Of a stretch of DNA of 64,000 nucleotides, positions 1 to 10,262 are shown one piece after another. The stretch's first letter is position 1, and each line of letters starts with the position of its first letter. Position numbers and translations under genes: made by a program. The DNA is from an uncultured Bacteroidota bacterium (GTDB lineage: Bacteria > Bacteroidota > Bacteroidia > Bacteroidales > VadinHA17): assembly GCA_937864815.1 (NCBI GenBank), contig CALMJY010000172.1, positions 7,322-71,321 of the forward strand, written 5' to 3'. The notes under the pieces are model-generated. The model did not search any database, was not told the DNA's origin, and saw nothing but the letters and a program-made list of their open reading frames with translations.

Positions 1-218
1 TCAGTTTTGACTACTCGTACATTAAAAACCTCAGTTAGTACAAATCACCCTAAAAGGTTGATATTAAATCATAAAAGGTCTTATTTTTGAACTTATGAAC
101 AGGTTTGGTGGAATTATCTGAGAACTTGTTCAGGTTTTGTCACTTATCGTTCTTTATAATATCCTTCTTCTGTTCCGGAGTCCCGTTCCCTTTATCCCCT
201 AACTCCGGAACTAAGTTT

Positions 219-278
219 CCCCCTTCAAAAGAAATATTCGCACAGAAATCTTAAACCTCCTGAAGGGGGTTCTTTTTT
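219..278 (+). terminator. Hairpin (CCCCCTTCA ... TGAAGGGGG) followed by a T-run; candidate rho-independent terminator and member of the G/C-hairpin repeat family
   Basis: 9-nt perfect inverted repeat at 219-227 / 261-269, followed by ttcttttttc. No CDS in 1-436. A second 10-bp hairpin lies at 172-181 / 202-211. Confidence 0.45.
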
Positions 279-356
279 CTTGTATATTGCACATAAAACT
301 TGCAAATTGCGAAGGGAAGTCAGAAGATGGAAGACCGAAGACATAAGTCAGAAGCC

Positions 357-373
357 GTGAGTCGTGAGTCGTG
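357..373. repeat. Heptamer tandem repeat GTGAGTC x2.4
   Basis: Read directly as gtgagtc gtgagtc gtg. The same unit recurs at 54238-54254. Confidence 0.8.
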
Positions 374-436
374 CGCCCATATCCCAGGGTCAATTTTAAA
401 ATATAGAGTTATCTATTCAATTTAAATATTATTTAT

Positions 437-1144
437 ATGGAAAAAATCAAAATTGGGAGACGTGATTTTCTCAGAAAATCGATAATAGCTGCTCTTGCTC
501 TGGCATTTGTTCCCTTGCATGTGACAGGAGGGAAGGTATCTATTGAACCTGCTGATCAGGAGGAGGGATTTGTTTCCCTTTTTAACGGAAAAAACCTCGA
601 CGGCTGGGTGGGTAACAAATCCTCATATGTACCTGAGGATGGCAACATTGTTGTTAAACCGGGTGGCGGTTCCGGAGGGAATCTTTTTACAGAAAAAGAG
701 TACTCTGATTTTATATTCAGATTTGAATTTCAGCTGACCCCCGGAGCTAATAACGGACTGGGAATAAGAGCTCCTCTTTCAGGCGACGCTGCCTATTCCG
801 GAATGGAGCTTCAGATACTGGATGATGCGGCTCCGGTTTATGCAAATCTTCAGCCTTACCAGTATCATGGTTCCGTGTATGGGGTTATCCCTGCAAAGAA
901 AGGCTATCAGAAGCCGGTAGGTGAATGGAATTACCAGGAAGTTAAGGTACAGGGTACAAGGATTACCATAACACTTAACGGAACAGTTATCGTAGATGGT
1001 GATATTGCTGAACCAAGAGATAAAGGAACAATGGACCATAAGGACCATCCGGGGCTTAAGAATGCAAAGGGGCATATCGGATTTCTTGGTCATGGATCGG
1101 AACTTAAATTCAGGAATATCAGAATAAAAGATCTTTCAAAATAG
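437..1144 (+). CDS. DUF1080 (3-keto-disaccharide hydrolase-like, LamG-fold) secreted protein
   Basis: 235-aa ORF with a Tat-like signal (GRRDFLRKS). GFVSLFNGKNLDGW ... GHIGFLGHGSELKFRNIRIK is the typical DUF1080 pattern. Confidence 0.8.
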   Translation: MEKIKIGRRDFLRKSIIAALALAFVPLHVTGGKVSIEPADQEEGFVSLFNGKNLDGWVGNKSSYVPEDGNIVVKPGGGSGGNLFTEKEYSDFIFRFEFQLTPGANNGLGIRAPLSGDAAYSGMELQILDDAAPVYANLQPYQYHGSVYGVIPAKKGYQKPVGEWNYQEVKVQGTRITITLNGTVIVDGDIAEPRDKGTMDHKDHPGLKNAKGHIGFLGHGSELKFRNIRIKDLSK

Positions 1145-1156
1145 AGTTAAAGTTTA

Positions 1157-1270
1157 ACCACAGATCACGGAGGGAATTCACAAAGATTCACAGAGAATAA
1201 CATGAAATTTTCCTTTGTGTCCTCTGTGTTATCCGAAGCCGCAGGCGAAGGACTTTGTGCACTCTGTGGT
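1157..1270. repeat. ~114-bp imperfect palindromic element built from CACRRAG / CTYYGTG motifs
   Basis: Terminal 8-bp perfect inverted repeat ACCACAGA (1157-1164) / TCTGTGGT (1263-1270). CAC-motifs at 1159, 1166, 1179 and 1189. Inverse motifs at 1213, 1222, 1253 and 1262. Confidence 0.7.
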
Positions 1271-1322
1271 AAAAAAGACTATATTAATCGTGATATTGTA
1301 AATAACCCAATACTTTATTAAA

Positions 1323-2768
1323 ATGAGAAAACTAATCACTTTATCACTTATTCTGTTTTTACTTTTTTCCTGCAAACAGGCATCTCCTCCTGAGCCGGTT
1401 GGTCCGGTACCATCTGAAAGACAACTTGCCTGGCATCAGCTGGAATATTACATGTTCGTGCATTTTACTGTTAATACTTTCACAGACAAGGAATGGGGCT
1501 ATGGTGATGAGAAAGAATCGGTTTTCAATCCCACTGCAATGGATTGCCGCCAATGGGCCAGGGTTGCAAGTGAAGCAGGAATGAAAGGAATCATCATTAC
1601 TGCCAAACATCATGACGGCTTCTGCCTGTGGCCTTCCAAGTATACAGAACATTCGGTAAAGAACTCAGTATGGAAAGATGGCAAAGGAGATGTAGTACGT
1701 GAACTAAGGGCTGCATGTGATGAATTCGGTCTTAAACTTGGAGTTTATCTTTCGCCGTGGGACAGGAACAGTGCCGTTTACGGAACTCCAGAGTATCTTA
1801 CTTATTACCGTAATCAGCTGAATGAGCTGCTATCTGAATATGGTGATGTTTTTGAAGTGTGGTTCGACGGGGCAAATGGAGGTGACGGATACTATGGAGG
1901 AGCCAGGGAGACAAGAAAAATAGATAATAAGACTTACTACGACTGGCCTAATACTCATAAAATAGTAAGAGAGCTCCAGCCTTCAGCAGTCATGTTCAGC
2001 GATGCCGGTCCCGATATCAGGTGGGTTGGCAACGAAAGCGGGATGGGAAGCCTAACCAACTGGTGCCTGCTGAAAAAGGATGAGATGTATCCCGGCGGAA
2101 ATTTTGCAAAGATACTTGGTGAGGGACATGAAGATGGAAATTACTGGATACCGGCAGAGGTTGATGTATCAATTCGTCCGGGATGGTTTTACCATGCGAC
2201 ACAGGATTCTCTTGTAAGGACTCCTGAGAACCTGCTCGGATTATATTATTCATCGGTAGGGAGAAACAGCAATTTGTTGCTGAATGTACCTCCCGACCGC
2301 AGGGGACTTCTGAATGAAAAAGATGTGGAATCACTTCTTGCCTTTAAAGAGCTCAGGCAAAAAGAATTTTCCGTTGAAGTGGCTAAAGGCAAAATAATTA
2401 ATGCCTCTCATTGCAGAGGTAAAGGATATCATTCATCAAATATTAATGATGGTGATCCTTCAACTTACTGGTCAACAGATGATTCTCAGCTGACATCTGA
2501 CTTTACAATTGATCTTGGCGAACCAACTGAAGTCAACAGGATTCTTCTTCAGGAGTATATACAACTGGGGCAGAGGGTTCAGGAATTCAGTGTGGATGCC
2601 ATGGTTGATAATGAGTGGCAGAGAGTCATGGAAGGTACTACGATAGGATATAAAGTGATCCGTAAGTTTCCGGTTGTGAAAGCTACTAAGATTAAAGTGA
2701 CAATCAGCAAGTCTAAAGCTTGTCCTGTGATTTCAAATGCAGAACTTTTCAGGGCGCCGGGTGTGTGA
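1323..2768 (+). CDS. GH29 alpha-L-fucosidase with C-terminal F5/8 type C (discoidin) domain, lipoprotein signal
   Basis: 481 aa. Signal LFLLFSC. HHDGFCLWPS, VYLSPWDRN and EVWFDGANG blocks are typical of the GH29-B type. The C-terminal NINDGDPSTYW ... ISNAELF is discoidin-like. Confidence 0.85.
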   Translation: MRKLITLSLILFLLFSCKQASPPEPVGPVPSERQLAWHQLEYYMFVHFTVNTFTDKEWGYGDEKESVFNPTAMDCRQWARVASEAGMKGIIITAKHHDGFCLWPSKYTEHSVKNSVWKDGKGDVVRELRAACDEFGLKLGVYLSPWDRNSAVYGTPEYLTYYRNQLNELLSEYGDVFEVWFDGANGGDGYYGGARETRKIDNKTYYDWPNTHKIVRELQPSAVMFSDAGPDIRWVGNESGMGSLTNWCLLKKDEMYPGGNFAKILGEGHEDGNYWIPAEVDVSIRPGWFYHATQDSLVRTPENLLGLYYSSVGRNSNLLLNVPPDRRGLLNEKDVESLLAFKELRQKEFSVEVAKGKIINASHCRGKGYHSSNINDGDPSTYWSTDDSQLTSDFTIDLGEPTEVNRILLQEYIQLGQRVQEFSVDAMVDNEWQRVMEGTTIGYKVIRKFPVVKATKIKVTISKSKACPVISNAELFRAPGV

Positions 2769-2778
2769 CCAGGAGAGA

Positions 2779-2810
2779 GGGAGATGGGGAGACTGGGAGA
2801 CCGGGCGATA
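2779..2810 (+). repeat. Octamer tandem repeat GGGAGAYN x4, 11 nt after the stop codon
   Basis: gggagatg gggagact gggagacc gggcgata. Same unit family as 38766-38805. Confidence 0.8.
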
Positions 2811-2825
2811 ATAAGTCACTAATTG

Positions 2826-3470
2826 TTATTTCTTTGGGAATCCTACAGTTTGTGCTAGGATAATATACTGGTTTGATTTCAGCCCCATTTCAGCAGCAAG
2901 CTTCTCTTTTGGAATGGATCCTCTTACAACGCATCCCAGATTTGCTGAGGCACAATAGAGATAAACATTCTGGGCTATAAAAGCTGCATCTGAATATGAC
3001 ATGAACAGATCAGAATCATCAATTTTAACACCCTCTTTTTTTCCTGCTTTGCCCATATCAGCAACATATACCAGGTTTAGGGCAGCATTATTGACATAGG
3101 CCTGGGTTCCTGTAGTTTTTCTGAGATCCTTATTATTAATAAGTTTCAGCGTATGACTTTCACCTAAATACTGATACAGTCCTGTTGGCATTGCAACATA
3201 TACATCTATCTCCTGATAATTCATTGCTGACGGAGCCGTTCTCTTTTTCTGATCTGCCCTGTTTATTCCAAATGCGGCCCACAGGAGGTCGGAAAGCTGC
3301 TGCGGCGTAAGGCTCTCATCAGTGAATGATCGTGTTGTCTGTCTTTCATTAAGCGCCTGCATTAGTGGTTTTCCCCCTTTTTTATCGGGAGCAGGCAAAG
3401 TAATATCCTGTGCAATTATACTGAGGCAAACCGAAAAAATTGTCAACGAGGTTAGAATTATCTTTTTCAT
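2826..3470 (-). CDS. Nitroreductase-family protein with signal peptide
   Basis: 214 aa. LNERQTTRSFTDESLTPQQLSDLLWAAFGINR is a typical nitroreductase N-terminal block. Confidence 0.8.
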   Translation of the reverse strand: MKKIILTSLTIFSVCLSIIAQDITLPAPDKKGGKPLMQALNERQTTRSFTDESLTPQQLSDLLWAAFGINRADQKKRTAPSAMNYQEIDVYVAMPTGLYQYLGESHTLKLINNKDLRKTTGTQAYVNNAALNLVYVADMGKAGKKEGVKIDDSDLFMSYSDAAFIAQNVYLYCASANLGCVVRGSIPKEKLAAEMGLKSNQYIILAQTVGFPKK

Positions 3471-3613
3471 TATACCAGGAATTTAATATAACCGGCTTTG
3501 GATTTTATTGATACAAATATAGAAGAAACCCGAAATAACAAATCCCTCAGATCATTCATTTAATGTTATTTAACAATACCTTTTTTTATATCTTAGCAAC
3601 ACAAACATGAGCC

Positions 3614-4846
3614 ATGGTACTGAACTATATCTGGATTGCCTTCTTCCTGACCGGATTCATTGTTGCACTTGTGCAGCTGCTCTTCTCAGGAAACACCCAA
3701 ATATTCAATGACCTGGTTAATGCTATTTTCTCCAATGCAAAGACAGGTTTTGAAATCTCCCTTGGACTTACTGGTGCTCTAACTCTCTGGATGGGTTTGC
3801 TTAAAGTGGGAGAGAAGGGGGGAGTTGTAACGATAATGGGCAGACTTGTGGGTCCCTTGTTTCAGAGACTTTTCCCCGGACTGCCAAAAGGTCATCCAGC
3901 TTACGGATCAATGATCCTGAATATTTCAGCCAATATGCTCGGACTCGATAATGCCGCAACCCCGGTAGGACTTAAAGCCATGAAGGAGATGCAGGAGGAT
4001 AATCCTCATAAGGAGACAGCTTCAAATGCCCAGATTATGTTTCTTGTTCTGAATGCAGCCGGATTAACAATAATACCAGTAAGCATAATAGTTTACAGAA
4101 CCCAGCTTGGAGCTGTGAATCCGGCAGATGTATTTATCCCATTGCTCATTTCAACATTTGCAGCTTCACTTACAGGCATGATCAGTGTGGCTGTTATCCA
4201 GAAGATTAATCTTTTTGATAAGGTAATCCTGTCGTATCTTGGCGGACTTACAACTATTATTGCAGGGATAATTTATTATTTCAGCCAGCTTCCGAAGGAG
4301 CAGATTTCTTCCCTTTCCACTTTCGCTGCCAATTTCATATTGCTTTCAATAATTGTCACTTTTATTGTCCTTGCAATGGTGAAAAAGATAAATGTCTACG
4401 ATGCATTTATCGAGGGAGCCAAAGAGGGATTTAATATTGCAATAAAGATTATTCCTTTCCTTGTGGCAATACTGGTTGCAATAGGAATTTTCAGGGCTTC
4501 AGGTGCAATGGATTTCATAGTTTCAGGTATTGCAAAATTCTTTGGATGGATGGGATTTGATACGGAATTCACAGGTGCACTTCCGGTGGCATTTATGAAA
4601 CCCTTATCCGGCAGCGGTGCCCGCGGACTGATGATTGATGCCATGACAACTCACGGAGCAGATTCATTTATAGGAAGGTTATCATGCACCCTTCAGGGAA
4701 CAACTGATACAACTTTCTATATTGTTGCCGTTTATTTCGGATCGGTTGGCATAAAAAATACCCGGCATATGATTGGCTGCAGTCTGCTGGCTGATCTGGC
4801 CGGATTTACAACGGCTATTTTCATGGCATATCTGTTTTTTACATGA
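3614..4846 (+). CDS. Nucleoside-recognition (Gate) domain membrane protein, SpmA/SpmB-like fusion
   Basis: 410-aa polytopic membrane ORF. N-terminal MVLNYIWIAFFL... and NISANMLGLDNAATP motifs resemble SpmA/SpmB proteins. Confidence 0.75.
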   Translation: MVLNYIWIAFFLTGFIVALVQLLFSGNTQIFNDLVNAIFSNAKTGFEISLGLTGALTLWMGLLKVGEKGGVVTIMGRLVGPLFQRLFPGLPKGHPAYGSMILNISANMLGLDNAATPVGLKAMKEMQEDNPHKETASNAQIMFLVLNAAGLTIIPVSIIVYRTQLGAVNPADVFIPLLISTFAASLTGMISVAVIQKINLFDKVILSYLGGLTTIIAGIIYYFSQLPKEQISSLSTFAANFILLSIIVTFIVLAMVKKINVYDAFIEGAKEGFNIAIKIIPFLVAILVAIGIFRASGAMDFIVSGIAKFFGWMGFDTEFTGALPVAFMKPLSGSGARGLMIDAMTTHGADSFIGRLSCTLQGTTDTTFYIVAVYFGSVGIKNTRHMIGCSLLADLAGFTTAIFMAYLFFT

Positions 4847-6159
4847 ACCGAAGAGAGATAGCTGAACAGATTTTCCTGGCAGGAGTGGAGAGTGTCCTTC
4901 CCGACAAACTTATTTCACGGAATCTGGCTTTAAAAGGTAACACTCTTCATATTGGTCAGAAGAGAATAAATCTTGACAAAACAGGCAGGGTATTTGTCAT
5001 TGGGGCAGGAAAAGCCAGTGCCATTATGGCCCGGGAGGTTGAAAAAATTCTTGGAGACCGTATAACCAGGGGGCATATCATTGTTAAATATGGCCATTCA
5101 ACCGACCTTAAGAAAATAAAAATCTCTGAAGCAGGGCATCCTTTTCCTGACTCAAATGGAATCAAAGCTACAAAGAGGTTACTTGAAATTGCTTATGAAG
5201 CAGATTCAGACGATCTTGTAATATGTCTTCTTTCAGGCGGAGGATCTTCCCTTCTCTGCGATTGTCCTGATGAGCTTACCCCTGAAGACCTGGTACTGGT
5301 CAATAAGCTTCTTGTGAATTGCGGAGCAGGTATTAGGGAAATAAATGCCGTCAGGAAACATCTTTCGGGTGTTAAGGGAGGAAGGCTGGCGGGTGCAGTT
5401 TATCCTGCCACTCTTGTGAGCCTTATTCTTTCAGATGTAATTGGTGATCATCCTGATATAATTGCCTCAGGACCAACTACGCCCGATCCCACAACATTTG
5501 TGGATGCCATTGAGGTACTCGATAAATATGATATTAAGAGCAGTTTACCTGGCAGGATTATTGATTACCTGTATGAAGGGGCAATTTGCAAAATACCTGA
5601 TACACCAAAACCGGGAGAGGAGATATTTAATAGAACTTCCAATATAATAATAGGTTCAAACAGTATAGCCCTTGAAAGTGCAGGCCGGAAAGCCCTTGAA
5701 TATAATCTGAACGCTATAGTCACAGAAGATCAATTGCAGGGTGATGTGGTTACTGTTTCTGAATTCCTTGTTGATACGGCACTAAAGTACAGGAATGATA
5801 AAAATGAAATAAAACCTGTATGCATACTTATGGGCGGAGAAACAACTGTAAAGATGACCGGTAAGGGAAGCGGAGGCAGAAATCAGCATCTTGCAATGCT
5901 CTGTGCCGGATTACTGGAGAAAATACCAGGGATAACGATCCTGTGTGCAGGCACAGATGGTTCTGATGGTCCTACAAAAGCTGCAGGAGCTGTTGTTGAT
6001 TATGAAACAATAATTGCGGCATTCAATAAAAATATTGACATTCAGGAATATACCAGTGAATTCAATTCCTATAACTTTTTCAGAAAAACAGGTGGCCATA
6101 TAATTACCGGGCCAACAATGACCAATGTGATGGATATAGTATTAATGATTGTAGATTAA
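4843..6159 (+). CDS. Glycerate 2-kinase (DUF4147 + MOFRL family)
   Basis: 438 aa. VIGAGKAS, LLSGGGSSLL, GGETTV, GGRNQ and GTDGSDGPT blocks. ATGA start/stop overlap with the upstream gene. Confidence 0.8.
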   Translation: MNRREIAEQIFLAGVESVLPDKLISRNLALKGNTLHIGQKRINLDKTGRVFVIGAGKASAIMAREVEKILGDRITRGHIIVKYGHSTDLKKIKISEAGHPFPDSNGIKATKRLLEIAYEADSDDLVICLLSGGGSSLLCDCPDELTPEDLVLVNKLLVNCGAGIREINAVRKHLSGVKGGRLAGAVYPATLVSLILSDVIGDHPDIIASGPTTPDPTTFVDAIEVLDKYDIKSSLPGRIIDYLYEGAICKIPDTPKPGEEIFNRTSNIIIGSNSIALESAGRKALEYNLNAIVTEDQLQGDVVTVSEFLVDTALKYRNDKNEIKPVCILMGGETTVKMTGKGSGGRNQHLAMLCAGLLEKIPGITILCAGTDGSDGPTKAAGAVVDYETIIAAFNKNIDIQEYTSEFNSYNFFRKTGGHIITGPTMTNVMDIVLMIVD

Positions 6160-6170
6160 AACTGAACACA

Positions 6171-7730
6171 ATGAACAGATTAATGAATGCAGCAGGTATA
6201 GGAAGAATATCAGTTCTTACAGGTACAATAGTTCCATTATTGGCCGGCTGCAAATCTGAAAAGGAATCTGCCATAAGGCCAAACATAATCATGTTTATGG
6301 TTGATGATATGGGCTGGCAGGATACTTCCGTGCCTTTCTGGAAGGAAAAAACACCTTTCAACCTGAGATACAGGACACCTGCAATGGAGAGGCTTGCCAG
6401 TGAGGGAATGATGTTCACACAGGCCTATGCTTCGAGCGTGAGCTCTCCGACGAGGGTAAGCCTGATGACAGGTATGAATGCAGCCCGCCACAGGGTAACC
6501 AACTGGACCCTGCGCAGAGATACCTCCGTTGACGGACATAGTGATGTCCTTTCTTATCCTCAATGGAACGTAAATGGAGTACAGCCCGTTGATTCCATCG
6601 CCCGATCGGTTTATGCCACAATGCTGCCACAGATACTCAGGGAAAATGGGTATTATACAATTCATTGCGGGAAAGCACATTTCGGTGCCATGACAACACT
6701 AACAGCCAATCCCATCAATTGTGGTTTTGATGTCAATATAGCAGGACATGCGGCCGGAGGACCGGGCAGCTATCTGGGCACTGAGAATTTCGGAAATGCT
6801 GAGGCCGGGACACATACACTTCCATGGGGTGTACCTGGTCTGGAAAAGTACCATAGCGACTCCATCTTTCTTACAGAGGCTCTGACACGGGAGGCCATAG
6901 CAGCCCTGGACAAATCCAGGACAACAGGGAAACCTTTTTATCTGTATATGGCGCATTATGCAGTTCATGCTCCATTCTACGCGGATGAACGATTTTACCA
7001 AAAGTACAGGGATAGTGGAGTTGAAGAATATGAATCAAGATACTCCTCAATGGTTGAGGGTATGGATAAAAGTCTTGGCGACCTTATGGACTTTCTGGAT
7101 AAAAATAATCTTAGTGAAAACACTATAATACTCTTCATGTCAGATAACGGGGGATATAGTCTCAGGCCCAGGGAAGGGGAAATACATACACATAACAAGC
7201 CTCTTAACAGCGGAAAAGGTTCTGCCTATGAAGGCGGTATAAGGGAACCTATGATTGTAAAATGGCCGGGGAAAGTCAAACCAGGGACAAGATGCAGTGA
7301 CTACCTGCTTATTGAGGATTTTTATCCGACAATACTTGAAATGGCCGGGATTACTGAATATAAAACAGTTCAGACTGTCGATGGTAAAAGTTTTGTACCT
7401 ATGCTGCTTCAGTCCGGAACAACTGCTTCAAACAGAGATCTTTTCTGGCATTATCCAAATAACTGGGGACCTACAGGGCCGGGTATAGGAGCCACAAGCA
7501 CGATACGAAGCGGCAACTGGAAGCTTATTTATTTCTATGAAGATAAGCATTTTGAGCTCTATAATATAAATGATGATATTGGAGAGCTTAACAATCTTGC
7601 TGCAGTAAATCCTGATAAAGTGAAAGAGATGGCGGTAAAACTTGGAAGTTACCTTAGGAACGTTGATGCTCAGCGTCCTTCTTTCAAATCAACCGGAAAG
7701 GAGGTGGAATGGCCGGATGAAACATTATAG
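6171..7730 (+). CDS. Sulfatase (Ser-type formylglycine motif)
   Basis: 519 aa. MVDDMGWQD metal site. SSPTRVSLMTG matches S-x-P-x-R-x-x-x-x-T-G. Confidence 0.85.
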   Translation: MNRLMNAAGIGRISVLTGTIVPLLAGCKSEKESAIRPNIIMFMVDDMGWQDTSVPFWKEKTPFNLRYRTPAMERLASEGMMFTQAYASSVSSPTRVSLMTGMNAARHRVTNWTLRRDTSVDGHSDVLSYPQWNVNGVQPVDSIARSVYATMLPQILRENGYYTIHCGKAHFGAMTTLTANPINCGFDVNIAGHAAGGPGSYLGTENFGNAEAGTHTLPWGVPGLEKYHSDSIFLTEALTREAIAALDKSRTTGKPFYLYMAHYAVHAPFYADERFYQKYRDSGVEEYESRYSSMVEGMDKSLGDLMDFLDKNNLSENTIILFMSDNGGYSLRPREGEIHTHNKPLNSGKGSAYEGGIREPMIVKWPGKVKPGTRCSDYLLIEDFYPTILEMAGITEYKTVQTVDGKSFVPMLLQSGTTASNRDLFWHYPNNWGPTGPGIGATSTIRSGNWKLIYFYEDKHFELYNINDDIGELNNLAAVNPDKVKEMAVKLGSYLRNVDAQRPSFKSTGKEVEWPDETL

Positions 7731-7765
7731 TTAATTCTCCTGCACCAACTCTCCGGTGGGCAAAG

Positions 7766-8938
7766 CTATTTTATGTACTCTGCAATATTACCGGAGAAGG
7801 TTTTGTAATTGAGAATGGACCGTTTGCCGGACTGTTCAGTTGAACCATCGTAAATAAGCAGGTCATTATCAACTTCTTTTGAAAACAGTGACTTAAAATA
7901 ATCGAGTCCTTTCATAAAATCCGGATTAAAGGTCTGTGAAGATTTAATTTCAACCGGCAATAATCTCCTTCCTTTCCTGAAGACAATATCAACTTCATTA
8001 TGATGACTATCTCTGAAGAAACTGAGTTTATGATCTAAACCGGAATTGAAGCGGTACTTGATCATTTCCATAATGACCATATTTTCAAATAATGATCCGC
8101 GCAGAGGGTCACGGTTCATCTGAATATTATCATCAATTCCCAGGAGATAAGAGGCAAGGCCAACATCATAGAAATAAAGTTTTGGTGATTTTATCATCCT
8201 TTTCCTTATATTTTCATAGAATGGAGGCAACAGCATAATAATATATGAAGCCTCAAGAACAGACAGCCATGATTTTATTGTAGGAATGGAAAGTCCGGTT
8301 TCGTTAGCAATATTTGCCGTATTGAGTAAGCCACCTGTTCGACCGGCACATATCCGGATGAATTTATCGAAAAGATTCAGATCCTTGATCTGTATTAACT
8401 GACGCACATCTTTTTGCAGATATGTTTCATAATAGTTTCGATGTATTTTGGTTGCTGAGATTTTACTTTTGTAAACAGCAGGATAGAATCCTTTAATTAA
8501 TAAATCATTGGTAGATAACTGGTTGTCTGTCCCCAGCTCATTGAGACTAAAAGGGAGTAGTTTTAAAATCCCTGTGCGGCCGGCAAGTGATTGCGTAACC
8601 TTCTGCATAACAGAAAAATGGTTACTTCCGGTAACTACAAATAATTCATTACTTTTTTTCAGATCAACTACCTCCTGCAGGTAAGAAATCAGATCAGGAA
8701 CATTCTGGATCTCATCAAGTATTGCTCCTTTTGTAAGCTGTGTCAGAAATTTTCGCGGATCGCTTGTTACAAGACTCCTCAGATCGGGATTTTCAAAACT
8801 AAAATATGGTAGATGTCCGAACAGATGTCTGGCAAGAGTTGTTTTACCTGATTGTCTTGGACCTGTAATTGTAAGCACCGGATAATTTTCTGCAAGTTCC
8901 GAGGCTTCCTTTTCTATTTCTCTGGGTATATATATCAT
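7766..8938 (-). CDS. AAA+ ATPase, DUF4143 family
   Basis: 390 aa. Walker A GPRQSGKTT. The C-terminal region has the overall layout of the AAA_14/DUF4143 family. Confidence 0.8.
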   Translation of the reverse strand: MIYIPREIEKEASELAENYPVLTITGPRQSGKTTLARHLFGHLPYFSFENPDLRSLVTSDPRKFLTQLTKGAILDEIQNVPDLISYLQEVVDLKKSNELFVVTGSNHFSVMQKVTQSLAGRTGILKLLPFSLNELGTDNQLSTNDLLIKGFYPAVYKSKISATKIHRNYYETYLQKDVRQLIQIKDLNLFDKFIRICAGRTGGLLNTANIANETGLSIPTIKSWLSVLEASYIIMLLPPFYENIRKRMIKSPKLYFYDVGLASYLLGIDDNIQMNRDPLRGSLFENMVIMEMIKYRFNSGLDHKLSFFRDSHHNEVDIVFRKGRRLLPVEIKSSQTFNPDFMKGLDYFKSLFSKEVDNDLLIYDGSTEQSGKRSILNYKTFSGNIAEYIK

Positions 8939-9040
8939 ATTGTGTATTATTAAAGTTGTACTTCATATTTACACAAATATAATAACTATTTAAATAAAAT
9001 AGAGTGACTATTAATGATTTTCAGATAATTTAATATGCAA

Positions 9041-10156
9041 TTAGTAGAGGCATTCTGTTGCTGCCTCAGCCATAATTTTTATATTCTCAACGGGAGTCTC
9101 AAAGAAATGGTCGGAGCATGCGCAGATATATCCTCCGTCATAACCCACTTTTTCAAAAAGTGTATGTACCATTTTCCTGATCTTGTCAGGAGTACCATCA
9201 GTTAGTACACTGAACTGATCCATACCACCGATCAGAGTGATCCTGTTACCCACTTTTTCCTTTACCTCCCATGGTTCCTGGTTTCCGCCAATGCTTACAG
9301 GAGCCAGGGTTTCAGAACAATCTGCACCATTGGCAATAATATGTTCCTCAATTCCATAGGTCCCGCCGCAGGTATGATAGGTTATCTTAAAACCAAGACC
9401 ATGAAGGGCATCATGCATCCTTTTATCATATGGAAGGCAAAACTCCTTATGCATGTCAGGTGAGATAAGTGTTGAGGATGCTGATCCGCCTCCTGTTTCA
9501 ATAAGGTCAAATTTTGCTCCTTTCATCGATTCGACGAATTGCAGCTTTTTATTCAGCAGTATCTCCATTAATTCATGGACCCATTCAGGATTGACCATAG
9601 TTTTTACGATCAGTTCATTGATGTCCATCAGGCATGCTGCATGCTGCCAGCAGCCTGCCTGGTCGCCCCATACAAATCCTCTTACAATCCCGTTATCGCC
9701 TGTTTCATCATAAACCTTTTTAAGAGGTTTCTTATCGAGCATCGGGACAGGCATATATTTCCTTATAAGGTCAATATCTTCATCCCTTTTGATAAGGTAC
9801 TCGGTTATCCAGGTGGTTTTCCTGTTTCCTGCACTCTTGTAAGTAAGGTTTCCCTCAGGTGTTTTTATTGTATGATGATAGACCCTGTTATCAGGATGGT
9901 CATTTACAATTACAGGTTCATCCTTCCATTCCCTGGTAGAGAATTTTGCAAAATCAGCATCAACAAGCCAGAATTGTCCCATATCGGCAAAATATTGTAT
10001 TGCTGCGTCCATGCCAACCTGTCTGAAAGCTTCGAGAGGTGTAATACCGTTCATGTAGGTATCGAGGTGGTAACCCTGCCACTGATGAACTGTTACCGGT
10101 AGCCTGTCAGGCTTTTCCCCGTTTATGGCACACATCATTCTTTCCTTCGAGTTCAT
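9041..10156 (-). CDS. Uroporphyrinogen decarboxylase (URO-D / MtaA-like) family protein
   Basis: The ORF track gives 447 aa. I place the start at the ATG at 10156 (MNSKERMMCAINGEKPDRLP...) because the longer form overlaps the divergent gene at 10263. URO-D-like blocks run throughout. Confidence 0.7.
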   Translation of the reverse strand: MNSKERMMCAINGEKPDRLPVTVHQWQGYHLDTYMNGITPLEAFRQVGMDAAIQYFADMGQFWLVDADFAKFSTREWKDEPVIVNDHPDNRVYHHTIKTPEGNLTYKSAGNRKTTWITEYLIKRDEDIDLIRKYMPVPMLDKKPLKKVYDETGDNGIVRGFVWGDQAGCWQHAACLMDINELIVKTMVNPEWVHELMEILLNKKLQFVESMKGAKFDLIETGGGSASSTLISPDMHKEFCLPYDKRMHDALHGLGFKITYHTCGGTYGIEEHIIANGADCSETLAPVSIGGNQEPWEVKEKVGNRITLIGGMDQFSVLTDGTPDKIRKMVHTLFEKVGYDGGYICACSDHFFETPVENIKIMAEAATECLY

Positions 10157-10262
10157 GGTATTGGGATATTGTTGTTTAGCTGAATTAAATATATGAAAAA
10201 TGTCAGCAAAAGATATTGGTATTAATCTATTTTTGTTGTGAATAAATTTAAGATATCTTTTT

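Noticed and set aside
211-393. A 60-aa minus-strand ORF.
   Set aside because: It lies entirely within hairpin and repeat sequence (G/C hairpin, GAAG-rich tract, GTGAGTC heptamers). Nothing supports it as a coding region.
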